Source: Camelus dromedarius
Taxonomy: Eukaryota
Length of the DNA: 64,000 nucleotides
NCBI RefSeq assembly: GCF_036321535.1
Contig: NC_087469.1
Location: 19,282,001 to 19,346,000, forward strand
Direction: 5' to 3'
In this document: positions 34,681 through 47,150 of the stretch, one piece after another
How positions within the stretch are numbered: the first letter of the stretch is position 1
Layout of the letters: each line of letters begins with the position of its first letter
The notes under the pieces: generated by a model
Database searches by the model: none
Told to the model about the DNA's origin: nothing
The model's input: only the letters and a program-made list of their open reading frames with translations
Made by a program: the position numbers and the translations under genes

Positions 34681-35878
34681 GTAGCTTTGAAAATAACTCC
34701 ACATCTATGTTCTTAATAAAAAACTAATGCTGTAAAGCAGGTCACTGTGCGCTATCTCGGAGCTCAACCAGCTCGAACAGCATGGCAGCAGGCAGGCTGT
34801 ACACCGGGTCAAAAACCCAGCCGCGACCACAGACGTCTCCCCACGACGTCCAGTGGGGCACTCAGCCTTAGTGGACACCGCTGTGTTCCTCCGCCAAGCG
34901 TGAGGCTGGCTTCAGAGCACCTCCCAGGATTCGCTGAAGATCTAGGTGTGATTTGCCAACAGCCCCAAGCTAGTTAGTACGAAGTGAAGATGAGCACGCA
35001 GGCCTCCCACTAACCACAAGCGCCCGCACTGAACGCAGCCAGCTCTCCACCCAGCACACGTCCCCTCAGTGATTTCCCCAGAGCCACGGAGACCCAGCCC
35101 CAGGCCCCGGCCACCCTGCAAAGACCCCATAATGTGGTTCATGAAAAGGGCTGAGGGGAGCCCTGGACTGGTGTCTGGCTGAGAAGCAGCCTCGGGGTTA
35201 CTTCTCTCCCAATCCAGAGCCAGCAGAATCGTAGCTGGAAACCCCAACAATTCATCCTGCACCAAGTTCCAGCAATGCTTGGAGCACCGGACAATTTTTT
35301 TTTAAGTCTCTCTAATGAAGCCCATAAAAAAATAAAGTGAGTGGTGGCTGAATTGAAAATTTAATCAGAATGAGGTTCTGTTGTAAGTGCATTTTAAGAA
35401 CCCATTTATCTAATGTACTGTAAGCCTAAAAATGGGATTTTAAAACTTTTGATCAGATGCTGAAATGTTGAACTCTGACAGGGGGAAAGAAAGACTTATA
35501 ATTTATTACTTTACTTTCCCTTTGATAGGGAGTAATTATTTATTTAATTTCCCTACAAAAATTTTTTTTTTTTCTCCTGACAAACAACTGCCAAAAATAA
35601 AGAGAAGCCAAACACACAGATCGCTTAAAAATGGATGTGTGCTTTACAACTTCGCTGCGTTTCATCTCAGGGCGCCGAGCCGACAGCCCGGCCGTTCTGG
35701 GGGCCTCTGTGGGCTGCGCTGGCCGCCCCAGCCCTGCCGCAGCATCTCTCCCGGGTCCAGGGCACCGCCACCATCCCCGAACCCCCAGATGTTCTCCAGA
35801 CGGCCGTGCCCCATGTGGCAGAAGCCGCACCACAGGTTAGGAGCCCTGTGTGTCCGAGGCTAACCCGGAAATCCGTCG

Positions 35879-36100
35879 TGTAGAGGGAGACGGAAGAAAG
35901 CCAAAACGAATATGAGTGACTGGGGACAGAGCCGACACGCGAACGCAAACACGCGGGTGTCTGAAGGGGCGATATTCATGAGGTGTTCGGATATAGACGA
36001 AAGGAGATCCACGCACACAGGGATCTGGCGGGAGAACGGAATTTCTGTCCCCTGGGGGCCCCGGAAACACGTGAGCTTAGGTGTGGAAGGCAGTTTGGAA
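35879..36100 (-). mobile_element. Possible degenerate ERV1 (MER4/MER34-group) LTR fragment
   Basis: Minus strand ends ...GTCACTCATATTCGTTTTGGCTTTCTTCCGTCTCCCTCTACA, similar to MER4-group LTR ends (TCACTCATATT...TTTGGC...CA). The rest is weakly similar. Confidence 0.35.
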
Positions 36101-36499
36101 ACCATCTAATCCAACTACATCCCCAAGCAGGAACCCTGAGAGCTGGCAATCCTCTTTTGGATTTTAGGGATTCCTGCCAAGGAGCCGCGTTAAGGGGCCT
36201 CGCTACCAGAGTAATCAAAGCTGCAAAGCTTTGGAGATCAGGGTTCCTTTTGTTTGCATCTTAATTGCCTCAGGGTCCTGAATTCCGGGCTCTAAAGATT
36301 CACCAGGAACATGTTCACTGACACCACGTCGCAGATACGAAGTGCTGAAAACGCTGTGTCCATCGGTCAGGCCCCAAATGCCAGGGTTATCGCGGTGCAG
36401 CACCTCTCCAGCCCTGTGCTGCTGTTTGTGAGAGGTCTTACAGGGCACGGAAGCTTTCTGCCCTGAAGGGGCAACAAAACAAATGCGGTCAAACCCAGG

Positions 36500-36830
36500 T
36501 ACGCTGCTAAGAGTTCCTCCAGTCAAAAGCGCGTAGGATGTTGAAAAACGGCATCGATATTTAGTGAGCGTTGACCACTGGCTGGAAAAGGCGAAAGGGC
36601 TTCGGAGCTACGTAGCTGGGGGAGCAGGAGTCTGGGGTAGAACTCAACTATTTTCTAATGCATAAAAGTTGTCTTAAGATGCTGATCAATTACTGTCAGT
36701 TGAATTCCAGAGGGCAGACTAAACGGGGAAAAGGCAAGAGGAAGAAAGCAGAACGTTCCGTCTTGACGGCAACCGTGACGGAAGGGATCATTCATTCCAG
36801 GGAAGTGACACTATGACCTCTGTGGAGACC
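36500..36830 (+). mobile_element. Possible L3/CR1 LINE 3' fragment
   Basis: TTGAATTCCAGAGGGCAGACTAAA and GGAGCAGGAGTCTGGGGTAGAACTCAACTATTTTC resemble my recall of L3 (CTCCAGAGGGCAGAACTAG; AGAAGACTTAGGGGAGACATGATAGCTGTCTTC). Confidence 0.4.
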
Positions 36831-38684
36831 TCTAGGAACAGGTCAAACGTGCGTTTGTCTTGACTGGACAGAGAAAAACGCTTCTTGATGTCAAAGATGC
36901 CACTTGTCACCCACCAACATGCCCTTCTTTGATATTGTGAAAAGGGACGGTGTGGTCCAGACTCCAATCAAAGGAATGAACGGCCCTTAAAGATTTCAAC
37001 TTTTTCCATCACTTACTCAGAGAGAGAAAAGGAACATCAGGGCTAGCTTTCCCCCACCCCCAGCAGGATTACCTACCTTTCCCCTCGGAAGTTTCCACTA
37101 CTAACTAACAACATGTTCTCTTTTGACTCAACAGCACAGCACTAAAGCCAAAGCTCACGAATCAAAACCCAGGCTCGTCCTGCCCCTTCATGAAGCTGAG
37201 AAACACCCTTCTCGCAAAAACACGTGAAAAGCTACGTACTGAATCCACAGCACTCGGCTCCTTCGGCAGGTGCCCTCGGCTGGCGCCCCCCGACCTGGGC
37301 CTCCCCGTCCCTCTCCTGCGGGAGGAGGGGCCCCGCCGGCACAGGCTCTCCCAGGCCCCCGCACCCCCCGCGGCCCTGGATTGACTGGGAGACGTGGGCA
37401 GGGCTTCCCAGGCCCTCCAGGATTCAGCCTCCAGCAACGCTGGCTGCCGGGCCCCAGGTCCACTCAGAGCTGGACGCCTGCTGCCCGTGGGCGCCCGGCA
37501 CCAGACCCACAAGTGACAGGGGGCCTGGAGAAAACGTTCTCAGGGCAAACGGGCTTAGGACAAAAGCACGTTTGGCCGAGAGCCCTTCCAGGCACCACGG
37601 GCTCCACTGGGACACCAGCAGGAAGAGGCGTCTGCCAGGCACCCGGGAGAATGCTCCACCACGACTCTCGCGCACCCCCCCCCCCGACCCCGGGCCCTCC
37701 CCCCGCATCTTGGACTCACCTGCAGCCCCTCCCCCGGGGGAAGTGACCAGGGTGATGTGCTCACAGCTCTCTCTCCCGGGGGGAGCAGAGGGTGCCTCTA
37801 GGACATCGACAGCTAGGAATCCTGAGCTCCCCCGTGGGGCCAGAGGGCAGGTCGGCCCCAGGGGCAGGAGGCCCGCCTGGCCCCGGGCCCCTGACCTGGC
37901 CCAGAAGGGGCTGATGTCCCCCTCTCCCAGCAGAGACACTGACCGGCTCACCCACACTGAGGATGACGAGAGAAGAGCCGTTTCTCAGAAATGTCTGTCC
38001 CTGGTGCCTCCCTGGGGGCGGGCGAATCGCCTGAGATAACCGAAGTAGCTGGCCCTTCGCTCTTCCCTCTCCGGCTGCACCCACCCCACCCCCCCGCCAC
38101 CGCAGGCCGCTGCAGCCCCTTCTGTCCCCGAACAACAGCTCCAACCTTGCCTCCCCACAGCCATGCCCTCTGGTCACTTTGGGGAAGAGCCCACGGTTCT
38201 CAGTTTGAGCGTCGCTCTCCTCAGTCTGAACCCAGCTGGCTTTGGAAGCCGGGCTCCGTCCCGCTCCCCACCCCCACCGCCCCGGCCCACACGTCTGTGC
38301 CGCCCCCTCCCTCCTTTCTCCTCTGCAAAGCCCGGCTCACCCCCAGGGAAACTTCCTGAATCGTCTCAGTCCTCGATCTCGGCTCCCACCCCGCAGCAGG
38401 TGCGCATGTTTACTGCCCACCCGGACAGCATCGCTCCGGGCCGTCGGCCTGCGTTTCCTTTCTGTCTCCTGAACCAGGCGACAACAGGCCTCTGGAGCAC
38501 GGCCCAGGCCCCTCAGCCCGGCCGCCGCTTCCCAGGGCTGCTGACTCCGCGTCTGCACCGAGAACCTGGAGGCTTGTCTTTAAGTCCCAAAAGCCAGGTT
38601 TGCATTCCCCACTTGAAAGAAGCAACGTGATTTTCTCGCAAAAGAAACACTCTGACGGCTTTGCACCAGCACCCCCCTGGGAAT

Positions 38685-38724
38685 GCGCGGGGAGCCTGAA
38701 CTAGCGCGGGGAGCCTGAACTAGC
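38685..38724. repeat. Perfect 19-bp tandem duplication GCGCGGGGAGCCTGAACTA x2
   Basis: Copies at 38685-38703 and 38704-38722, followed by GC. Confidence 0.97.
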
Positions 38725-40739
38725 CAGTCTGGGAGAGTTCGCTGGGCTGATGCGGAGTGATGTGCTTCATCTGGGGCCAGTCCCGGGGGAGACTCTCCCC
38801 GGGGAGGAGTGGCCAGAGGGTGGGAGAGCAGCAGAGCCGCCCCGACCCGCGGTCCCCGCTCCCCGGAGTCAGGGCGGGTCCCGGACACAGAGCATCACCT
38901 CCCTCCTTTCCTCGGCCCGACCAGCACAGTGCTTCCGCACACCTGAAGGCGCTGTGCATCCGCCAGTCCTCGAGGCCACCACGGACGGGCCTTGACCCCG
39001 AGCACGTCTGACCAAGAGGGCGGGTCTCACTGCTCTGCGCCCTGTGCTCTGGCAGACCCTCTCACCGCTGACTTCTGCAGGAAAAGTGGGCAGAGCAGCT
39101 GGCTCTGGAGGAAAACAAGCCTGGACACGCCACTCTGTTCGCTTTGCTCGGGACACGCACGACCATCCCCAGAGACACTGGGGAAGCCGCTCTGGGTCGA
39201 GGCAAACAGACCTGGTCCCGGACACAGACTCTGACAAGGCACAGGCGGCAGGTTCCATTCCCTGAGCCGCCCGTCAAATCAGCAAACTGCCTGCCTCCCT
39301 GCTCCGGACAAGGCCGCCCGTTACGTGGGCTGTGCTGCGTCCTTACGGACGTCCCCATCTACCTGGGAAGCTGGGACCCCAGCACGTTAACACGGGCAGC
39401 AAGACGGAGCACGAGCCACTCAGAAATCACACGACCTACGGCTCAGCCAGGCAGCGGCCACTGGAGGCTGCGGCGAAGGGGGGAGACTTCACGACAGAAG
39501 GGGCGTCGAGGACAGAACCCGAGAAGAAGGGAAGGGAGATGCAATCAAAGGGGCACGTGAAAGGGCCTTGATCCGCTGACCTGGAATCATCTCCGAGAAA
39601 TATCGTCCAGTGACAGGCCAAGACACAGAGCAGGGTACGGGACATGCTGCCGTGCGTGCGTGTGTGTAAGAGTGAGAGAGAGAGAAACAGAGAGTTTGCT
39701 CGCGCGGGCACAGGAGAGTCTGGGAAGCACAGGGAAGACTTCAGGAAGGGGAACAGGGGACCCGGGGCGTGGGGATGGAAGGACCCCTCACAGGTGTGTC
39801 ACATCCCTTCTCTGCCTCTGGAATCTTTAAACATGTGTTTAAAAAAAAGAGAAAAAATGGAATGAAACAAGAAAAAAAATAAAAGGTCGGTGTATCTTAA
39901 CCACCACCAGAACTGGAACACAGAGTTTGTGCCAGGAGGACCCAGGAAAGAGAGCAGCAAACAGAAAGGGGTCCCGGGTGCCCTTGAAGGCGGGCCAAGG
40001 TCACGTAGGTTATTTCGGGCCCGGGGGCGTGGCTGGGGGCGGGCTGGAGATGGAGGTGAGGGTGGTCTTTTCCTGCTACTGGCAGGGAGGCAGCGGCCCC
40101 CTCAGCGCCCCTTCTTCCAGAGACAAGGGCCTTTCGCTGCTCTTCTTGTCTGCACACGACTCTCCACACAAACCCTCGACTCGTCTGCGGACGCCAGAAG
40201 CCAGGCCAGGCCTCGGGGGAGACTGCGCAGCCCAGCGAGGCCTCTTCAACAGCACGCGCTTCTCACCATCGCCCGCCCACGACTGCAGAGCGACAGGAGG
40301 CGGGGGCCGTGCGTTCCGGAGGAAGCAGCGTGACCTACACGCCCCCGGCAGGCCCCAGCCAGTACAGGGACAACACCTCAGAGCGTCACGGCCACCCGGG
40401 CAGAGCTGAGGGCAGTCTCCCCTCAGAACCACACCCTCTCCCTGCCGTGACCACGAGGCCCAGGGCGGCCGAGCCCGTCCTAGGTGGGGAGCCCCACCGG
40501 CCCTGCTCAGTTTTCGGAGGGCGGGGAGCACTGTCAGGGCCACGTCACCCCCCTGCAGGGAGCCTGGCTGAGCACCAGCGCTGAGCCCGCCAGCAGAGCC
40601 GCAGGGGGCCCCCATCCCTCCAGAAAGTGCCGTGGCCACTCTATTTGGTCTTCCCCCCGCAAGGAATCCTTTTATTTCCCTCATCGTGAGGACACGTCCT
40701 CGCATGTTTCTGCAAAGTGGAAGTCCAAGGTCGGCTGAA

Positions 40740-40925
40740 GACATCTGCGAGCAGGCCCCGAGGACCGGCAGCACCCCCGCCCGGGTGCGTGGACCTCGGC
40801 CTGAGGCTCCCCCCGGGCCAGGCGCGCGGCCTCAGTCCCCTGCCGCCCGCCCCCGGCCCGGAGGCCCAGCCGCCCAGGGCCGCAGCACTGTGCGGGCTGC
40901 TCTCTCCGCCCCGTCCTCCGGGACT
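40740..40925. promoter_or_regulatory. Small CpG/GC-box-rich patch (orphan CpG-island-like)
   Basis: Very GC-rich with many CpGs and several CCGCCC boxes. No TSS evidence. Confidence 0.35.
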
Positions 40926-43869
40926 GTCACTCCCTCTTGCCGTCCTGGGAGCTCCAAGAGGACGGACTGTCTTCAAGGAGGGCGAGCCTTACCCAGACCA
41001 CCTCCAGTGAGAACTTACAAATGCCCACTGTCCTTAGCACAACGTTTCAGAAAGTAACACTTTAATAAGAACGTGATCTTCGTGATGGGAACAGATGAAC
41101 ATCGCTGAAAACGGGCTGAGCTAGAAGCGGCGGCGTCAAAGCTAAGGACGGAGACCGCCCTGCTGCCCGGAGGACGCCCCCCTTCACCTGCCGTTTCCTT
41201 TGTTCCACTTGCTCTCAGTTAATCTAGTTTTGTTTGATAAGTAAATGGGTTTGTCTTGCCATTATGAATAAACGGTTACATTCTTTACGTAAACGTTAAC
41301 TTAACATTCCCGGGAGCTCTTGGTCTGCGGGTCCCTGAACGAGGGCGCGTGGCATGAGGTTCAAGCTACGGATGGGAGCGTCTCTGAGCCCCAGCAGCGC
41401 CCTCATGAGAAAGTCCAGACTTGGCGCAGCCTGGGAAGCACAGGCCGCCACACGCTTCTGTCATCTCATCAGACCTGCACCTGCTTCTAGGGGAGCCCCG
41501 AAGGCTGCCAGGCCCGCGCATTCAGACAGCTTCCATGCGTGGGATGCTGCTCCAGGTGAGCGTGGCTCTCCGCAAAGAGATGAGAGTCCAGTATAAGAGA
41601 AACAGGGAACAGGCAGGTTAAGGCCCCGTGGTGAGTTCCAGGGCAGGTACGCCGAAGGCTGCCCTGGAAGCATAGAGCAGGCGTCTCCAGCCCAGGCCGG
41701 GGCAGGGGGCCGGGGGCCCGGCAGAACCAGGGTCCTAAGGGACAAGACACATGGACACAAGGGGCGCACAAGGAGTCCAACCCACGTATTCAGGGTGACG
41801 GCGGGGGCGGGGAGACCGCAGACACGCGAGGCTGTGACGTGGGCAGGGCCAGACCAGGTGCCAAGCTCTGGAGCGGAGGTCCTTCCCCGAAGGCCGCCGG
41901 AATCCCTGACGGATGGCAGCAGGGGAGAGACACAGGCAGCCGCCCCTCCTGGGTGTGCTGGGCCCCCGGGGAAGGACCACGTTGCCCTGAACAAGGCAAG
42001 GATGATGAGGAGTGAACCAGGATACGGGCAGGGGGTGAGGAGGGGAGCAGAGCACCTCCACAAACACCTGAGAGACTGGATCAGTACTGATGACACGGTG
42101 CGGGGGGGAGCGCGGCGAGGGGCGGAGAGGAGGCGCTTTCCGCTGAGTTTTGAATCTCAGTATCATGTCACCGCTCTCGACAACTCCAGGGCCGAGAGGT
42201 TCTTCTACCTGTGCAGCCTGACTGCTGCACGAGCCGTCACCGGTCCACACAACCACAAACTCCCCTCAGGACACTAAAGCCGAAAGCCAGCAGGCTGAAA
42301 ACACCGGGGTCCAGGTGGCCCTGCCTGAGCTCTGAGATCAGCCTGAACCTCGGCTTGCGTGTTTCAACCCTCTCTCTGCACGGAGGACAGACGGCAGGGC
42401 GAGGCGAGAGCGCGGACCTCGGACGTGCTGGCCCTGCCCTCTGTGTGTGCACAGCAAGCACCTGCCTCCTTCAGAGATGAAGTCCAGGGTGCTGAGGAGC
42501 CGCGGGAGGACCTGCCCCTGCGCGGCGCACAGGTAGCTCCCGAGGCTGCCATCAGGCTCCTGACGCGGCCGGGGACGCCCCACCTTGGCTCCACAGGAAG
42601 GTGCAGGCAGACGCTGCGGCTCTTGATGACATCATCACGGCACAGCTGGGTGTCTCAGACGTGCTTTTGTGTTTTTGGGGGGGGGTGTTTTCTTTTTGCC
42701 ATTCAGTACCACATCCAGGAGAATGCAGACACGCCCAGCCAAATACGTCGCACGCGCCCCAGGTACCTGCTCCCCAGGGGCTGCAGCCACGGGGGAGGCG
42801 GCTGCCTGTCTCTCCTCCTCTCTGTCCCCCTGCCTCCCCCTCCCACTCCCCATCTTCTTTTTCATCCATTTCTTCCCTCCAGCGTTCAATGGTTCTGCAG
42901 AGAGACAGAGCAAGTCCTTTGCTCATGGACTTTCAAAACAAGAAGCACCGGGCAGAAACAGCCCTCCTGCCCTGTCGCAGTGACACGGAGGAGAAGACGG
43001 GCTTCAGGATTTTGCAGAATCCCCAACAGCCCCTTCCCAGCGGCGACCCCGCGGAGAGAGCTGTTCCCTTCGCAAACCCACCAGCTCTCGAAAGTAACAG
43101 AGACATCAGAGGGGAGCCGACTACTGAAATCCAGTCTTAACCTTTGGAAACGTAATTTATTCGAGCCCAGCGCGTCACGGAGGGCCCAGCGTGGAGGGGG
43201 GAGGAGGTGGCACAGGCATCTGCAGTCAAAGGAGCGGGATGAACGGAGGGCCTCCCCTGAGACCCCTCCCAGAGGAGGGGAATGCCTGCAGCCAAGACAC
43301 TGGAGGTCTGAAAAAGCCCTGCGGGGTGAGGGGCAGGATGAGAGAGGCAAGACGGGGGCAGCGCCTCCCGGGCGGCGGGCGGTGAGCACGAGCTGAGCTC
43401 GGCGGGGGCGGATGAGGATGAAAGACAGCAAGGCTTCAAAGACGCCGAGGGCCACCGGCGAAACGATGGCCCAGACGGAAGTCTCCTCCCTGTGTCCACA
43501 CAGCTGTCACCACCACACAGCCTGGCCGAGGCAACAGGAACCCAAGATACAAGGAGAAAATGGGACTTGGGCCGAAAGCCATGAAGGCAATTTTCAACAC
43601 ACAGGCTCATCCTCCAAGGCCTTTGCAGCCCCTCCCGGTGGCCCACGAACAAACGGGCAGCTCGACATCTGACTCCTTCCCCAAAGCCAGGCTACGCTGC
43701 CGACGACGGCCCACTGGCCCAATGGTCTGACCGAGGACAGAGAGAAGGAGGCGGGTGGGGAGGAATACAGGACACTTTGTCGGCGGACACTGCCCCTCCG
43801 ATCGCTGTCGGGGGTGAGACTTTCCTGAGCCAAGACAGGATCCGGGGAGAAAGTTAGTAGCCGTGAAGA

Positions 43870-43877
43870 TGACGTCA
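43870..43877. promoter_or_regulatory. Full palindromic CRE motif TGACGTCA
   Basis: GATGACGTCAATC read directly from the sequence; function untested. Confidence 0.3.
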
Positions 43878-45949
43878 ATCTCAGTTCGGGATGCAATATT
43901 TTCCCTGTGCAGTAATTTGCCCTTTTATTCCAGCAGGAAAGTAGCCATGGGACATTCATCCGTCCACCCATTAACCGGCACACGCGGGGCACTCATTAGC
44001 TGCTGGACCGCACGGAGCGGGTGAGGGCCCGGCAGCGGGCGCGCTAACCCAGGCGCTGCCCTGAGAACCGGAGGGGCAGGTGCAGGACAGCGATGCGCGG
44101 CGGCAGGAGTGTCTGGGAGAAGGGCGAGCGGTGAGCGCCCGGAGGACAGTTGGTTCCAGTCCTCCTGCCACCGCCCCACCTCAGCTGACTGTCCCAGGCC
44201 TCGTCTGAGACTCTGAAACGTGAGCCTTAATCCCCCAACACCAGGGATCGAAGCAGAAACCACGCATTCCTGCCTTCCATTTCCTGGTGCCAGAGCAGGC
44301 ATGGAGAAAAGTGAGACAAACAGGAGATGACAGGGAGAGGCGCCAAGCCCGGCAGGACGGCCTAGGAAGCGCACGGCGCCGGTGGGCGCCACCTCCCTCC
44401 TCCCTCCCGTCTGCGTGGACCCTCGGCGCAGGCCACTGCGCCAGGAGGGTCCACGTCCCCCAGTCCACCTCCCCCCGGGGTGGGGCGTGGCCGAGGCTCC
44501 CTGCCGCCCCGTTGGTGTCACACGAGCTCACGAAGGCCAGGAAGTCACCACCGTCGGGGTCCTCTGGAACCCGCCCTCTGAACTCGTCTCTGAGGAACGG
44601 GTGGCCCGCAGTCTCACCAGGAATAGTCTTTGCACTTTCAAGACGCTGAACGGTCTCCGCCTTCCCACCCCAGCCAGCACCCGCAGGCCCAGACGCCTGC
44701 CGCCCTCAGCTCAGCCCAAAATGGAAGTGGGTGGAGATGCTGTCACCGCCACTCAGAACTTCAAAACAGCTTTGAACCCCATTCATTTTCAAACATCTTG
44801 CCAGGAAGTCTGAGAGGGGTTTTTTCCCAGTTTAGAGGTGGACAGGGATTTCTGACGCTGCCTGCGGCAGGACAGAGGCAGAGAAGCCCAGGCGGCAAGC
44901 TGAAGTGTCCCTGGCGTGCGGCCTGAACCAGCGAGTGGCCGTCAGGGGCCGGGCATTTCTCAGTTTGGGGGAGACACTTCGAGAGGGGGAGAGACCAGCG
45001 ACTTTCCTCCGTCCCCCAAGGAGTAAGTATGTAAGTTGCCACGAGGAATCCATCAGCCAAAGCGCCTGTGACCCGTCTCGGTTCTCTCCGGGGGCTGAAA
45101 GCACAGATACGCGAAATCCTGGGGGGGGGGGCCAAGGAAGAGTTCTTGTCTGCTGCTGTTACGAACCCAATTAGATGTATTTTGAGGAAAGGGTGTACGT
45201 ACATTAGGTTTTAATTAAGTAGTGTTAATTATAATCTACGAGATGTGCTTACTGCTTATCAGATAATTACGAGAAAGCCAATCTGGCTGCTGGCTTGTGA
45301 CTAATTAAGTGGAATTAGTAGTGATAATTATAGATTTCATGTTGGTTTGTCTTTATTGGAAAAGGGGCAAATGTGCCCAGACAGGGTGCCTGTAGAGGCC
45401 AGGGTCTGCGTTACTGAAGAGGCCGATGGAGACACCACCGCCGTCGGGCCGCGGGGCTTCAGCCTGGATTTGGGAGGAGAGAGGTGGAAGTGTCCCCAGC
45501 GAGCGGACCCTGCGGGCGTCCGAGATGCCGCGGGGGCGGGGCCGCCAGGGCTCACAGGGACCACTGTGTGTTGTCGAGTGACTGATGTCTTTCAAGCCAC
45601 CTTCCTCCCAGGAGTTGTGTAAGACATATGACAGACCTGTAATTGGAGTACGGGATCTCCCACCTTCAAAGGCCATCGAGACCGACCTGAGCTATAGACA
45701 AACCAGGAAAAAAATAATCATCTCTGCCCCATGTTTCCATCTGATACACTATTTTGACATTTCAATTACATGTTTCCTCATTTAACTTCTGCCGGGCCTC
45801 TGGTTTTAGACTGTGAATCCCCTGGGAGCGGAAGCCGTGTCCATTTTTCACCCTGGTCCTTGTTCCCCGCCACCTAATGAACTCCCCGACCGCAGCTCCT
45901 GAGGGCAGTGACGTGCAGGGCGGCTCACCCGCTAAGCGGGCCCCAGCCT

Positions 45950-46140
45950 GTCACTCAGGGTGTTGTCATCTTGGGCAAATCACTTAATCTGCCCAAGCCT
46001 CAGGGCTGTCTGGCTGCTTTCCCCCCTCCCCAATCTGTAAAATAAAGATAATAACGGTGCTCAATTTAAAGGATGCATAAGGATTAAAAACAGTAACTTA
46101 CTTCGAGCTCAGTGCACTGCGTGGCCCACGGCAAGACTCA
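45950..46140 (+). mobile_element. MIR SINE
   Basis: TCATCTTGGGCAAATCACTTAATCTGCCCAAGCCTCAG...AATCTGTAAAATAAAGATAATAACGGTGC (MIR core). Confidence 0.85.
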
Positions 46141-46989
46141 GAGTCATCCGTCCCCCCCCTGGTGGCCTGTGGCCACCTGCCCCTGAGCCACGAGGGGGTG
46201 GACGGCAGAGGCCCACGCCTGCACACCACCCCAGACCCCCAGGGTAAGAGCGAGGGCCAAGGCCACAAGCATGATTCCTGCGCACAGCTCAGGGCCACTG
46301 CAACACACAGCTGTCTTTGGGCACCAGTGTCGGCTCGCCACACCAAGCAGAAGGGACGCTCTCGGCCGGGCTCTCCCACCTCCCCCTGGGTTGTGAGCAG
46401 AGGGGGCTGAAGGAGGAGCTGGGCCAGGCAAGTTAGCACCCTGGGCTTCCCCACTGTCTGTGTCGCCCTGGGGACCAGAACTGCAGCCCGGCAGGACGCC
46501 ACGCCCTAAACTCTGGTGCGCGGCGGGGGGGGGGTCCCCCGCACAAGGGCCCTGCGTGTGTGGCAGGGGCTCAGAGGCCAGGAGGCAGTGCTCCAAGCAC
46601 ACCCTGCAGCGACTCAGCAACAGCCCCGTGACCCGGCCTGGCCTCGGGAAGGCCTGGGACACCGAAGCTTCCCCGCCAGGAGCCAGCCCAGGACGTCGTC
46701 CTGCCACTGCATCAGCAGGAAAGGGAGGGACATTCCACAGGGGGCTCTTCCTGACCTCAGGGGTCTCTGCCTGCCTGCCTGCCTGCCTGCGAGCCCCGGC
46801 CCAAGACCCAGCGCCCCGCCCCGGGCTCCCCACGCAGACCCCAACCCCTCTCCTTGTGGAGGCAAGTAGCCAAGCACCTCCTGGCTGCCCCCCACCCTGA
46901 TCACTGGGTCTGTCTCGGTCACTTGGATCTAAAGCTGCTCAGGGCTTGTCTGTCGATCCCTCAGGGGTGGGCAGGCATCTCCTGTCAAT

Positions 46990-47150
46990 CCTGAGGCCTC
47001 TCACGTCCTGTGAGGGTGGCACCACTGAACCCAGCTTCATCGTACAGACGAGGAGACTGGGGTCCACGTGGTTCCCTGACGCACCCTCATTCACATCCAC
47101 AAGGGGCAGACCCAGGCCTCAAACCCGGCAGCAGCCTCCGAACCTCACCT
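46990..47150 (-). mobile_element. MIR SINE fragment, antisense
   Basis: CCTGTGAGGGTGGCACCACTGAACCCAGCTTCATCGTACAGACGAGGAGACTGGGG...GACCCAGGCCTCAAACCC. Confidence 0.6.

Noticed and set aside
36100-37000. Retroviral env remnant next to the possible LTR
   Set aside because: Minus-strand translations lack the immunosuppressive-domain and CX6CC motifs; part of the region fits an L3/CR1 fragment better.
41267-41272. AATAAA in an AT-rich patch as a poly(A) signal
   Set aside because: No clear downstream GU/U-rich element and no upstream terminal exon identified.
42359-43396. Longest ORF in the track (345 aa, + strand)
   Set aside because: Starts at a non-ATG codon, is Pro/Arg/Gly/Ser-rich low-information sequence, has no recognisable domain and overlaps similar ORFs in other frames; expected by chance in GC-rich DNA.
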